Source of the DNA: an uncultured Gammaproteobacteria bacterium
Lineage (GTDB): Bacteria; Pseudomonadota; Gammaproteobacteria; GCA-001735895
DNA length: 64,000 nt
Assembly (NCBI GenBank): GCA_963835795.1
Contig: CAWIHJ010000074.1
Span: 14,392 to 78,391, forward strand
Direction: 5' to 3'
The first letter of the stretch is position 1. The number at the start of each line of letters is the position of its first letter. Made by a program: the position numbers and the translations under genes. Shown in pieces: positions 9,647 to 19,722 of the stretch. The notes under the pieces were generated by a model that worked only from the letters and a program-made list of their open reading frames with translations, made no database searches and was not told the origin of the DNA.

Positions 9647-11002
9647 TCAGCGGGGGAGTGCGGCTTCGATGGCGGCTGCTGCACGGTAGAGCGCTTCGTC
9701 GTCGCCGTTGGCGGCTGCCAGCATCAAGCCGACCGGCGCTTCGCCCTGTTGGTGACAGGGCAGACTGATGGCGCAGCCATTGAAGTAATTGACGGTAGCT
9801 GTATTGCGCAGGCAGCGCAGGTTGACCAGGCGCGCTTCCTCGGCATCCTCAGTGGCTGATACAGGCGGTGGCACGCAGGCTACCGTCGGATAGATCAACG
9901 CATCGACCTGCAAGTCGGCAAACTCGCGTTCGAATTCCTCCACCAGTAGATTGCGATCACGCTGGCGGGATTGTTGCTCGGCGTCGCTGATGTCAGAACC
10001 CGTGCGCATGCGCACGCCGACAAAGGGGTCATACTCGTCCAGGTGTTTTTCCAGCATGTCGCGGTGATGGTCCCAGACTTCCCGCACCACCACTGGCCGC
10101 TGGATAAAGAAATCGTCACAACGATCGAGCAGGGGCATGGGGAGCTGGCGGATGTCGGCGCCAGCTTTTGATAAGGCCTCGATTGCCGTGGCGAATGCGG
10201 ATTGTACTTCGTCATCCAGCGCCTGCATCACGCGCGAATCGGGGATCAGCAGTTTGAGCTGCGCAAGTTTTGCGGGCTGCAGGCGTGGTAATTTTGCATC
10301 GGGCTTGCTGCGGCCACACATCAACTGGTCGAGGATGTAGCAACTATCGACGTCGATGGCGATAGGCCCGGGCGCATCCAGGGTCGGCGACAACGGGTAA
10401 ATTCCCGTCAATGACATGCGACCGAAGCTCGGCTTGACGCCAACCACGCCATTGAAAGCGGCGGGAATTCGACAGGAGCCCGCTGTATCCGACCCCAGGG
10501 TTGCCGGCACGATGCCCTCGGCCACGGCCACGGCGCTACCCGACGACGAACCGCCCGGCAGGCGTCCAGTAGCGCGATCCCAGATGCACAGCGGCGTTCC
10601 ATGGTGCGGGTTTTTACCGATGCCTGAATAAGCGAATTCGCTCATGTTGGTACGCCCCAAGAACAGCAGCCCGGCAGCACGCAGCGGTGCGACAACCTCC
10701 GCGTCAGCGTCCTCGGGTTGCGCGTAATGCCGGCGCACTATCGATCCGGCCAGGGTTTTCTCATTACGTATGTTAAACAGATCCTTGAGTGCGATGGGAA
10801 TTCCTGCGAGCGGCGATTGCCGCGGTGATTTCTGCCGCGCGCGGTCGATGGCCGCGGCGAGGCTGGCGAGCCCCGGGTTAATCGCGGTAAACACAGACTG
10901 CGATTTCTGCGCGCGCGCGAGCGCGTTTTCCACCAGTTCGCTGGCGCTGGTCTGGCCAGTTTGCAGCGCCGCCGCAAGTTCACGTAATCCAGCCATGTTC
11001 AT
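9647..11002 (-). CDS. amidase-signature family amidase
   Basis: GGSSSGSAVAVA signature and Ser-cisSer-Lys context. Start MNMAGL, with the first ATG forming an ATGA overlap with the stop of the upstream sulfatase (GGAGGA SD). The 518-aa track ORF has a non-coding-looking N-extension. Confidence 0.8.
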   Translation of the reverse strand: MNMAGLRELAAALQTGQTSASELVENALARAQKSQSVFTAINPGLASLAAAIDRARQKSPRQSPLAGIPIALKDLFNIRNEKTLAGSIVRRHYAQPEDADAEVVAPLRAAGLLFLGRTNMSEFAYSGIGKNPHHGTPLCIWDRATGRLPGGSSSGSAVAVAEGIVPATLGSDTAGSCRIPAAFNGVVGVKPSFGRMSLTGIYPLSPTLDAPGPIAIDVDSCYILDQLMCGRSKPDAKLPRLQPAKLAQLKLLIPDSRVMQALDDEVQSAFATAIEALSKAGADIRQLPMPLLDRCDDFFIQRPVVVREVWDHHRDMLEKHLDEYDPFVGVRMRTGSDISDAEQQSRQRDRNLLVEEFEREFADLQVDALIYPTVACVPPPVSATEDAEEARLVNLRCLRNTATVNYFNGCAISLPCHQQGEAPVGLMLAAANGDDEALYRAAAAIEAALPR

Positions 11003-12525
11003 TCCTCCGGAAAGCGATAATCGACGATGTCCTGGTAGGCCCATTTTGAATAGACCTTGTCGGCGCGCAGGCAGTGTTGCTCGAGTTCGTCCGCCGCGCG
11101 GAAGTCCCAGTCCTGCAATTGTCCTTTGGCCAGCACTTCGCGTAGAAACTTGCGGCGCCGCTGGCTGGCGAGGATGTCGCGCGTCAGGCTCTCGTTGTCC
11201 CACTTTTTCTCGATCAGATCGGCAAGCACGGTACGCACCGCGAGGTAATCCGGATTGTCGATCTGATTGGTCTGTTCGTGCGGATCGACCGCGAGGTCGA
11301 ACAGCTGGTGGGATTCGATCGCACTGTAGATGTATTTAACCTGGTCCTGCTTCACCATCAACAACGGCGTCGCCGCACCTTCAGCCAGGTTTTCGGCGTA
11401 CACCGGAAAATTCCAGTCGCTGGACGGATCATTGACCAACCCCCACAAGCTGTGGCCGGCAATCGGGTCGACAAGACTGCTTTGGGTTTTGTCCCCGGCG
11501 ATATCGAGCAGTGTCGGCAACAGGTCAACCAGCGACACGTTAGCATCGACCCGACGTTCGGCGAGCTGCGGATGGCTGATGATCAGCGGGATGCGGCAGG
11601 CTTCCTCGAAAAACGATTTCTTGTACCACAAGCCGTGCTCGCCGAGCATTTCGCCGTGATCCGTGGTGAAGATGATGACGGTGTTGTCGTACAGGCCACT
11701 GTCCTTGAGTACTGCGATTAATTCACCGACCAGGTCGTCGAGATAACTGATCGAGCCGAGATAGGCGTGCCGGGCGACGCGTATTTGCTCGTCGCCTGGT
11801 GGTTTGCCGTTAAGACCGTACTGGGCGATCAGGCGCAGGCTGTAGGGATCCATGTCCGCTTGCGCAGTATTTACCGCGGGTAGCCCGACATCGTCGTGCC
11901 GATAGCGGTCCCAGTGTTCCTGGCGGCATTGAAACGGGTCGTGCGGATGGGTAAACGAGGTGAAAAGCAGAAATGGCCGCTCGTCTTTGGCGCGCGCCAG
12001 GTCGTAAATCTTGCGACGTGCGCGATGGCAAACCTCGTCGTCGTATTCGATCTGTACGTTACGCTTGCAGATGCCGGCATCGGTAAAAGTGATTACATCA
12101 TTGCCAAACTTGGGCCTGACCTCGGTCCAGTCGCCGGTCCAGCCGAAGTCGCCCGGGTAAATGTCGGTGGTCAGGCGCTGTTCGAAGCCGTGCAACTGGT
12201 CGGCGCCGACGAAGTGCATCTTGCCAACCAGGCAAGTCTGGTAGTCGAGATTGCGCAGGTAATGGGCGAAGGTCGGGATCGATGAGGTGAACTCGGCGCC
12301 GTTATCGAAGGCCTCGATGCTGGAGGCAAGCTGTCCGGACATCATCGAGAAGCGCGATGGCGCACACAGCGGGAAATTCGTATAGGCCGCGTCAAACACG
12401 GTACCCGTCGCCGCCAGCGAATCGATGTGTGGGGTGCTGGCGATCGGATAACCATAGGCGCCGAGATATTTAGCTGCCAGCTGATCGGCCTGGATCACGA
12501 GGATATTGGGTTGGTCAGTCGTCAT
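10999..12525 (-). CDS. betC: sulfatase, choline-sulfatase (BetC)-like
   Basis: CAPSRFSMMSG (C-x-P-S-R formylglycine motif). 508 aa with BetC-like length and N-terminus MTTDQPNILVIQADQL. Confidence 0.75.
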   Translation of the reverse strand: MTTDQPNILVIQADQLAAKYLGAYGYPIASTPHIDSLAATGTVFDAAYTNFPLCAPSRFSMMSGQLASSIEAFDNGAEFTSSIPTFAHYLRNLDYQTCLVGKMHFVGADQLHGFEQRLTTDIYPGDFGWTGDWTEVRPKFGNDVITFTDAGICKRNVQIEYDDEVCHRARRKIYDLARAKDERPFLLFTSFTHPHDPFQCRQEHWDRYRHDDVGLPAVNTAQADMDPYSLRLIAQYGLNGKPPGDEQIRVARHAYLGSISYLDDLVGELIAVLKDSGLYDNTVIIFTTDHGEMLGEHGLWYKKSFFEEACRIPLIISHPQLAERRVDANVSLVDLLPTLLDIAGDKTQSSLVDPIAGHSLWGLVNDPSSDWNFPVYAENLAEGAATPLLMVKQDQVKYIYSAIESHQLFDLAVDPHEQTNQIDNPDYLAVRTVLADLIEKKWDNESLTRDILASQRRRKFLREVLAKGQLQDWDFRAADELEQHCLRADKVYSKWAYQDIVDYRFPEE

Positions 12526-12583
12526 GCTGGCTCCTGTGGGTCATCGAATTGCCAGGCCCAGGGATTGCAGGTATTTTGTATGC

Positions 12584-13758
12584 ATGTTTCGCCTGCCTGC
12601 CTGTCTGATTGTCTGCCTGTTGCTACTGATGCAGGGATGCGCCAGCAGCGTGCCGTCCAGTTTAACCAATTCCGCTTTGAATCGCGATCACGACTGGACC
12701 CGGATAACGCTCGACGGCAGTGGTTTCGATGTCGCAGCCATGCGGCGCCTCGATGCGGATCTCGAAGCCGGTGCCTTTCCGAAAATTCACATGGTGCTGG
12801 TGGAGCAAGGTGCCCGGCTGGTGTTCGAAAAATACCTGGCCGGTGACGACTGGATCTGGGTGGTACCAGCGGCTATCGCGAGTTTGACGTCGACAGTCGC
12901 CACGATCTGCGTTCGATTTCGAAGAGTGTGACCTCGCTGCTGCTCGGCATCGCGCTCGGCGACGACTTTGCAGCGGCACTGGATCGACCGATTCTGGATT
13001 ATTTTCCGGAACTGTTGGGCGAGGTTGCACCCGGGGTCGAGCGGGTCACCTTGCATCACGTTTTGACCATGACGGCGGGCTTCGAATGGAATGAAATGAC
13101 GGTGCCCTATACGAGCCACTTAAACGATGCGCGGCGCATGCACAACACGCCCGATCCGGTTCGCTATGCACTCGGCAAACCGCTGTACAGCCAACCTGGC
13201 GAGCGCTGGTTCTACAACGGTGGCATGACCCTGGTGCTGGCTGCGGTGATCGAAAAAGTCAGCGGTCAGGATTTTCTAGAGTTTGCCTACCAGGCGCTGG
13301 CCGTACCGCTTGGCATCGGTGAAAGCGAGGTCGAATGGCACGGGCTTGGAATCTGGCGAAACCGTTCAACTTTACCGAGTGCTTCGAGTGGACTGCGCGC
13401 CTCGGGCCGCAACCTGTTGAAACTAGGCGCGCTGGTGCTGGACCAGGGCCGCTGGCGCGGGCGCCAGGTGGTGCCGCGTAAATGGATAGAGATATCCACC
13501 AGGCGTCACACCGAACAAAGTTTTCCAAACTGGAGCCTGGACGGCATCTACGGTTATGGCTACCAATGGTGGCATGGTAATTTTACCGGCAGCTACGGTG
13601 AATACAGTGCGATTGTCGGAGTAGGACTTGGCGGGCAACGCCTGTTCATCGTGCCCGAGCGGGACCTGGTGGTGACCATTTTTGCCGGCAACTACGATAC
13701 TGGTCTGTGGCGGGTATCGGAGCAGGTCATGGCGCGGATAATCGCTGCCGCGCCGTGA
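12584..13758 (+). pseudogene. class C beta-lactamase/esterase-family serine hydrolase lipoprotein, frameshifted
   Basis: Lipobox LLLLMQGCAS in ORF 12506..12931. S-x-x-K motif SISKSVT and the rest of the fold are in ORF 12928..13758. Frame change near 12860. Confidence 0.65.
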
Positions 13759-13779
13759 GGAAACCTGACCTGCGGCGTT

Positions 13780-14820
13780 TCATTCGCGCTCGAGCACCAG
13801 GTCGATAGATTCCGCAAAGGTTTCCAGCTGGTGCTTTTTGATGGTCGTCTTGAAACCCTGCGCCTGTACCGCCAGGGTCAACGGATGACCGCCGAGGTCG
13901 GCAAACTGAAACGCACCGTTGGCATCGGTCGCCACCGAGCGAAAGGAATAGGAGTGATACTCATCGGTGGCGAACGCCGATTTCACGGTGACGGTTACTG
14001 CTTCGAGTGGAATACCGTCCCTGTCGCGCACCCATCCGGCCAGGTGATAATTCCCTCGGTCAATCATCAAGGTGAGGTTGCGATACTCGCCAGGGCGCAA
14101 TTCCAGCCCCTTGATGCGGTAGTAATCCGACTGGTTGGTGGCGATGCGCCATTCACCCGCGGGAAATCCCCTGAGGCTGAAATAGCCGCTGGAATCGCTG
14201 CGGATGACGCGCTCGGGAAAAACCAGGTTCAGGTGGCGCAAGTGCAGTTCGAAGTCGGCCACGGGCGCCGAGTTGGCGTCGACAATCAAACCATCGATAT
14301 CCACCAGTTCGACGCGCTCGAGCAGGATATCCTGCAATAAATCGGCGTTGGCATCGGTGAAACCATCGAGCAGGTAACCGGCATAATTGCCCGCTGCCTG
14401 GATCGACAACCGATACTGGCGCGCTGGAACCAGCTGCAAGCTGAAGTTTCCATGCAGGTCGCTTTCGACCTGGACGGTTACAATTTCTTCGCCATCGAAT
14501 CCCTTGTTCTGCAGTTCGATTTTGACCTCGGCGAGCGACGCACCCGAGGTATCACCGACCTGTCCGCTGACGCTTACGCCAGGCTCGGCAGGTGCCGGGT
14601 CGGTCACGCTTTCGGTACTGGCTTCGGGCTTTGCGGGGGTCGTGGTAAATGTCCTCACCAGGGCCGGTTGTTCAGCGGCGCTCTCGGCAAGTGGTGTGGG
14701 TGGCTCGGGTGGCGCTTCGATGCGGTTTGCATGCTGCGCTATCTTCGACATCGGTAGCAGCAGGAACAAGGCGACACAGGCGACGGCAATCGCGACGACG
14801 AGGAAGCTTATCGGGCGCAT
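13780..14820 (-). CDS. membrane-anchored protein with carboxypeptidase-regulatory-like (CarbopepD_reg) beta-sandwich repeats
   Basis: Start MRPISFLVVAIAVACVALFLL (signal anchor). Pro/Ala-rich linker. Repeated SGxVxD...G beta-sandwich segments. The upstream ORF extension is Arg-rich junk. Confidence 0.45.
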   Translation of the reverse strand: MRPISFLVVAIAVACVALFLLLPMSKIAQHANRIEAPPEPPTPLAESAAEQPALVRTFTTTPAKPEASTESVTDPAPAEPGVSVSGQVGDTSGASLAEVKIELQNKGFDGEEIVTVQVESDLHGNFSLQLVPARQYRLSIQAAGNYAGYLLDGFTDANADLLQDILLERVELVDIDGLIVDANSAPVADFELHLRHLNLVFPERVIRSDSSGYFSLRGFPAGEWRIATNQSDYYRIKGLELRPGEYRNLTLMIDRGNYHLAGWVRDRDGIPLEAVTVTVKSAFATDEYHSYSFRSVATDANGAFQFADLGGHPLTLAVQAQGFKTTIKKHQLETFAESIDLVLERE

Positions 14821-14852
14821 CAGCGTGGGATCAGCCGGGATGCATTCGGCGC

Positions 14853-16688
14853 CTACCTGTGCGGCAGGTTCATGGTCGGATTCTCGTCGAAGAAGCCGTC
14901 GGGCATCCAGTGAAAGCCGACGTACACGGTCGGTTGTACCGGCCAGTCTTCGGGGCGCGGCCAGTGATGGTAATTGACCGTATGCCAGATCACGATGTGC
15001 TCGTCGTCGATGGCGCGATCGGCCGAGGTCCATTTGGGCAGGCCGTCGCCGCCGGCGTGCTGGTTGGGAAACCAGCCGGCCGGATAGAGTTCGTCGGCGT
15101 CGTGGCGGGTCACCCACAGGTGCTTGTACATGAACGCGGCGCGCTGACCGACCGATGAGTCCGGGTGTTGCAGCGGGAAGGCGTTGGTTCCCGGTTGCAG
15201 TTTGTAAGCGACCGGTTCGCCGTAACGATTGTGGACTTTCGGGTTCAACACCCGCCAGTAGCGCGCCTGGCGGGCATCGATTTCACGCTGCGCCTGGAGT
15301 TCGCTGTGGAAACGCGTTTCCTCGCTGAGAATGGCATTGCCGTGAGGGTTGTCGGCGCCTGCCGGGGCGGGCCTGAAATTCATTTCGCTGACCGAGTTGT
15401 GCTCACCGTCGAGCGCCATGTCGAAACGAAAGCTGAACACGTGCTGGTGTACGTGCGATTCGACCTGGTTGCCGATCTGGCGGCCATAAGGGCTCGGCTG
15501 ACCATTTTCCATTGCGGATGGAAACGGGATGCCGGTCGCCTTGACCTCGACCCCGATGGTGCCGTCGAGATAAAAGTACCAGAAGAATCCATAGACATAG
15601 TTGCCAATTGTTGCAATGGACGACACCACCAGCCGGCGCGAGCGTGTCACTGTGCTCTGGCCTGCGCCCGGCACCGAGTATTTCCACTGGATGCCGTAGT
15701 CTTCTTCGTGCATGCAGACCGCGTTTTTGATCAGGCTGGGTTCGCCTTGCCAGTCATGGGTGCAGACGTCGAAGTAGTGAATGTGGCCGAGGCAATCGCA
15801 ACCCAGCGACAGCGAATCCAGCGAACCGCCGATACCGTATTCACCCGTGTCGAAGGCATTGCGGCGAAAACTGGCGCCGCGTGGATCGCCGTAAGGCACC
15901 ACCATTTCCGCCATCGAGGCGCGTTTCATGATCGGGCGCAGGCGTCCCTGGTCGCGGATGCCGATGTCGTAAAGCACCAGCCCGTCGCGCTGCGCGAAAC
16001 CCACCTGCAGTTCCCAGTCGTGCCAGCGCACGTGGTAGCCGTCAACCTCGAAGCTTGGGCCATCAGGCTGAGTGATGGCAATTTCGCGCAGATTGTCGCG
16101 CTGCTCGGTGCGGCGGATCGGGCCGGGATCCGGCGGTATTGGCACCACGCCGAAATCGTCGATGCGGATGATCTCGCGCGCGGCCAGGTCGAATACCGGG
16201 TGCAGGTTGGAGATGGGGCGCGCATAAGGATTGTCACCGGCATCGTTCATCAACCAGCAGTGACCGTAGGCGATGCGCAGGTCCTGTTCTTCAGGATTGC
16301 CAAAATTCCCCGGCGACCAGCTTTCGATCAGCACCCGCGAGGCGTCATCGAGGCCACGTTTTTTAAGCGCCGCTAGAAACTCGTCGTTCTCGCGCGCAAG
16401 CTTGCAGGCCATGAGGAATTCGTCGGGAACGATGCGCGCCTGGCCGGCTTCGATTGCGCGCCAGTCGTGCAGGGCGTCCTGGTCGAACAGCACTATGCCG
16501 CTCAGGGTGCGGTTGGTGGTGGGTTCGTAGCAGCAGACGTAGGCGCCGCGTTGTTGCTCGAAACGCCCCGATTCGTCGAGGCTGATGGTTTCGAACCAGG
16601 CGGATTCGTCGAGCCCTGCATCGCGCCGAACGACTTCCACTGCTCGGATGATTTCGGCCTGGTCTAAGGGCGCCTTGAAATGGTTCAT
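14853..16688 (-). CDS. copper-containing (TPQ) primary amine oxidase
   Basis: Strong similarity to bacterial Cu-amine oxidases (TIGNY[V]YGFFWYFYLDGTIGVEVKATG; HQHVFSFRFD copper ligands). 611 aa. Confidence 0.85.
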   Translation of the reverse strand: MNHFKAPLDQAEIIRAVEVVRRDAGLDESAWFETISLDESGRFEQQRGAYVCCYEPTTNRTLSGIVLFDQDALHDWRAIEAGQARIVPDEFLMACKLARENDEFLAALKKRGLDDASRVLIESWSPGNFGNPEEQDLRIAYGHCWLMNDAGDNPYARPISNLHPVFDLAAREIIRIDDFGVVPIPPDPGPIRRTEQRDNLREIAITQPDGPSFEVDGYHVRWHDWELQVGFAQRDGLVLYDIGIRDQGRLRPIMKRASMAEMVVPYGDPRGASFRRNAFDTGEYGIGGSLDSLSLGCDCLGHIHYFDVCTHDWQGEPSLIKNAVCMHEEDYGIQWKYSVPGAGQSTVTRSRRLVVSSIATIGNYVYGFFWYFYLDGTIGVEVKATGIPFPSAMENGQPSPYGRQIGNQVESHVHQHVFSFRFDMALDGEHNSVSEMNFRPAPAGADNPHGNAILSEETRFHSELQAQREIDARQARYWRVLNPKVHNRYGEPVAYKLQPGTNAFPLQHPDSSVGQRAAFMYKHLWVTRHDADELYPAGWFPNQHAGGDGLPKWTSADRAIDDEHIVIWHTVNYHHWPRPEDWPVQPTVYVGFHWMPDGFFDENPTMNLPHR

Positions 16689-16925
16689 ATCGAATGCCTC
16701 TGCGCTGGAAGGTGGATGCTACCGAAAAAGTAGTCCGCTGACGACGGCTGCGAACAAAATCAGCCAGAAATGCCGTATGGAATGATCAGCAATTACTTTC
16801 GATTGCCAAAAGATTCTCATTTATTGTGGGAACAAGTTGCTATCGATTTCGGGTATTAAGTTACCGGAAATCTTGCCTGCCGGACCTATAAGTAGTGCAA
16901 CGAAAAGACAATCTGAGGTGGGATT

Positions 16926-17159
16926 ATGAACAGCGTAACTAGCAAAGATACAAAAATTAGCGGGTTAACCCGGGTTTTCTATCCCGTTTACCCGCTTCTG
17001 AATCAGGTCGCGGCAGTTGCCAGGATGCTGGAACACTGGCGCAGGCGCCAGCAGGCCAACGTGCAGTTTGCGCACCTCGACCCGCGAATCCTGCGCGATG
17101 CGGGTATCAGTGAAGCGCAACGATTTATTGAGGTGAACAAGCCATTCGGCCAGGAATAG
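16926..17159 (+). CDS. DUF1127-like small protein
   Basis: 77 aa with C-terminal LDPRILRDAGIS motif typical of DUF1127. Confidence 0.45.
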   Translation: MNSVTSKDTKISGLTRVFYPVYPLLNQVAAVARMLEHWRRRQQANVQFAHLDPRILRDAGISEAQRFIEVNKPFGQE

Positions 17160-17174
17160 GTTGAGATTATTTTT

Positions 17175-17543
17175 TCAGGCGGGTTGCCCAGGCTTTATGG
17201 CGTAACGCTCGTAGAGTTCCTGGGCCAGCCAGTTACCGCGTCGAATCTGATCCCAGTTCATGCGCAACTGGATGTATTTGAGTTTGCGCCGCGCCCGACG
17301 CGAATGCTGGAACGCGGCCACTTTGCACCAGGCGTATGCTTGCGCATAGCTTTGTGTGACACCCTGGCCACGCGCGTACATCATCGCGAGACGATGCTGC
17401 GCCTGGCGTGAACCGTGCTGCGCCGCCGTCAGGTACCACTTGAAGGCCTCTTCGAAATCGCGCGTCTGGCGATTACCCTTGCGAAACATTTCACCCAGTT
17501 CGAACTGGGTGGTACAACTGCGATCTTCAGCGTAAGTCACCAT
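17175..17543 (-). CDS. Sel1-repeat (TPR-like) protein
   Basis: Repeated AxxWYxxAAxQG motifs (AFKWYLTAAQHGSRQAQHRLAMMYARGQG). Confidence 0.6.
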   Translation of the reverse strand: MVTYAEDRSCTTQFELGEMFRKGNRQTRDFEEAFKWYLTAAQHGSRQAQHRLAMMYARGQGVTQSYAQAYAWCKVAAFQHSRRARRKLKYIQLRMNWDQIRRGNWLAQELYERYAIKPGQPA

Positions 17544-17668
17544 GAGGGAGTTCCCTTCACCAATGTGTCGATTAATCAGATCTGGATAGTAGCTAATTTA
17601 TCTGGGTAACTTTGTGATCGAATTAACAGAGGGTCGGGATTACCCCATTCGGGTGATTGCCGCATTGC

Positions 17669-17697
17669 TCGCGACCGACTATGATGGCGGGAAGATG
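17669..17697 (+). promoter_or_regulatory. sigma70-like promoter TTGCCG-N17-TATGAT
   Basis: Read in sequence, upstream of small ORF 17724..17939. Confidence 0.3.
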
Positions 17698-17723
17698 GCG
17701 CGAACCTTAAAAAATCGAGGATC

Positions 17724-17939
17724 ATGAATCAAAGGCGAAGCAGCGAGGCCCTGTACTGGGCCGATGAGGAAAGCACCCGCATTGACGATCTTGTCAGAAT
17801 GAGCGGCGGGAATATCTGGCGCCTGGTGTGGAAGCGTATCGAAGACAGCAAACCGCTACACGGTTTGCCCGCTCGAAAACGCAAAGATTTACCGCAGCCG
17901 CCCTGCGATTATGTTGTCGAGACCGATAGACTGAACTAA
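17724..17939 (+). CDS. hypothetical small protein (71 aa)
   Basis: GAGGA SD; candidate promoter upstream and an intrinsic terminator 54 nt downstream. No recognisable domain. Confidence 0.4.
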   Translation: MNQRRSSEALYWADEESTRIDDLVRMSGGNIWRLVWKRIEDSKPLHGLPARKRKDLPQPPCDYVVETDRLN

Positions 17940-17992
17940 ACCCTGTATCCACGACTGCCGACGGTGGTCGTAAGCAAGAAACACCCACTCGT

Positions 17993-18019
17993 AGCCCGCC
18001 CTTTGCAGCGGGCTTTTTC
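17993..18019 (+). terminator. rho-independent terminator (agcccgc-loop-gcgggct + TTTTT)
   Basis: 7-bp GC stem, 8-nt loop and a T5 tract read in sequence. Confidence 0.5.
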
Positions 18020-18188
18020 ATGCGCGACACTATTTGGCGAGCCTGTGTTGTCAGCCTGGTTAGCGGAAAATGATTGTCGGCACGATCTATCGGTATGGAG
18101 AACGCTGTGGCAGCAGGGTAATTTCGGTCGGGCAAACGGTGGGCGCCAGCGAAATCACGAAGAGTACAGTGTGCGCAATCGTCGCCCG

Positions 18189-19109
18189 TCAGTGGCCGAA
18201 AATTGACCAGCCGGTGTGTTGCACCAGCATTTCCAGTGCCCGGGTTCCGAGCTTGCTGTTGCCGATGCGGTCGAGGCCCGGGGACCACACCGCAATCGAC
18301 GCCTTGCTCGGCGCGATGGCGAGGATGCCGCCACCGACACCGCTTTTACCGGGCAAGCCGACACGATAGGCGAATTCGCCGGAACCATCGTAGTGCCCGC
18401 ACATCAACATCAGTGAATTGATGCGCCGCGCCTGCTGCGGCGAGACCACGCGCGTGTGGCTGCCGGTGATCATGCCGTCGGCTACCAGGTAACGGCCCGC
18501 GGCGGCGAGTTGCGCGCAACTCATCGCGATCGAGCAGTGGCTGAAATAAGTGTCGAGGACGGCAGCGGCCGGGTTGTTAAGGTTGCCGAACGAGGCGATA
18601 AAGTGCGCCAGCGAGGCGTTGCGGTCGCCGCTTTGTTTTTCGGATTGCGCGACTTTCTCGTCGATGTCGATGGAGTTGTCGTCGGCCAGCAGGCGCACGA
18701 ATTGCAGAATTTCCTCGAGTGCCGCTGCGGGTTGGGGCTGCCGCATGATGGCGTCGGCGATGGCGATCGCACCGGCATTGATGAACGGGTTGCGTGGCTT
18801 GCCGCGCTCGTGTTCGAGTTGCACGATGGAATTGAATGGATCGCCCGACGGTTCGCGCCCGACGCGTGACCAGATGGCGTCGCCGAGGTGCTCGAGCGCG
18901 AGCGTAAAGGTGAAAACCTTGGAGATGCTCTGTATCGAAAACGCTTCGTGCGCATCACCGGCGCTGAAACGCGTGCCATTTTCGAGCACCACGGCAATAC
19001 CGAATTTCGCCGGATCGATACCGGCGAGCTGCGGAATGTAACTGGCTACCTGGCCGCGCTCAGGGCTCGCGCTTATCGCGGTGTGAATTTCATCGAGTAT
19101 GGCCTGCAT
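18189..19109 (-). CDS. glsA: glutaminase A
   Basis: 306 aa; QSISKVFTF (Ser-x-x-Lys) plus the full glutaminase fold signature. Confidence 0.9.
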   Translation of the reverse strand: MQAILDEIHTAISASPERGQVASYIPQLAGIDPAKFGIAVVLENGTRFSAGDAHEAFSIQSISKVFTFTLALEHLGDAIWSRVGREPSGDPFNSIVQLEHERGKPRNPFINAGAIAIADAIMRQPQPAAALEEILQFVRLLADDNSIDIDEKVAQSEKQSGDRNASLAHFIASFGNLNNPAAAVLDTYFSHCSIAMSCAQLAAAGRYLVADGMITGSHTRVVSPQQARRINSLMLMCGHYDGSGEFAYRVGLPGKSGVGGGILAIAPSKASIAVWSPGLDRIGNSKLGTRALEMLVQHTGWSIFGH

Positions 19110-19209
19110 GTGCCGGGGTCTCCGAACCTGGTAACTGATGTTTCATAGTGTGGCAGTGCGAACAACGGATAATACCCTGTTTCACTTTGCAATATTCAAA
19201 TCTGATCCG

Positions 19210-19704
19210 TCAGCCTGGCTGCTGGATTAAGTCGCGTTGACATGCGTCCAGAACTTCAACGGAAAAATCGCTCCAGCCGGTTGCGGTCAATGCGATAGGT
19301 CGCACTGACATGACCTTTGCAATGGCATCGACGCTACTGAGGTTGTGCCGGGCCATCAAATAATAGGCCATGAACAGACCGGTGCGATCCTTGCCGTGGC
19401 GGCAATGCACCATCACCACCTTGTCCGTTTCGATTTCACCGCGGGCGAAGGCGTATGCCTGCGGTAAGCGTTGGCGGCAGAGTTCCAGGTCACCCGGGCG
19501 CGGTGGTGCGTTGCTGGCGAGTGGAATGCAGCGGCAGGCCATGCCGATGGATTCGAATTCGTCGGCGTAGACCGATTCGCCGTTGTTGACCGACAATACG
19601 GCTCCGATGCCGGCATCTTTGAGTTCCTGCGCCCGCCAGGGTTGGTGATTCGGGCCGGGGCGCCCGCAGAGCTTATCGGGAACTAACCAGAACAGGTGTT
19701 GCAT
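19210..19704 (-). CDS. dual-specificity/tyrosine protein phosphatase (CX5R)
   Basis: VHCRHGKDRTG P-loop. Confidence 0.7.
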   Translation of the reverse strand: MQHLFWLVPDKLCGRPGPNHQPWRAQELKDAGIGAVLSVNNGESVYADEFESIGMACRCIPLASNAPPRPGDLELCRQRLPQAYAFARGEIETDKVVMVHCRHGKDRTGLFMAYYLMARHNLSSVDAIAKVMSVRPIALTATGWSDFSVEVLDACQRDLIQQPG

Positions 19705-19722
19705 GCTTGTATTGCCAATTGC

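Noticed and set aside
9614-9859. 81-aa plus-strand ORF after the hairpin
   Set aside because: It lies antisense inside the 3' end of the amidase gene. A Gly/Ala-rich translation is typical of high-GC antisense frames.
13831-16376. Several 100-400-aa plus-strand ORFs (13831..14340, 14387..14977, 14649..15158, 15165..16376)
   Set aside because: All are antisense to the CarbopepD_reg and copper amine oxidase genes. Their Arg/Ala/Gly-rich composition is typical of GC-rich shadow ORFs.
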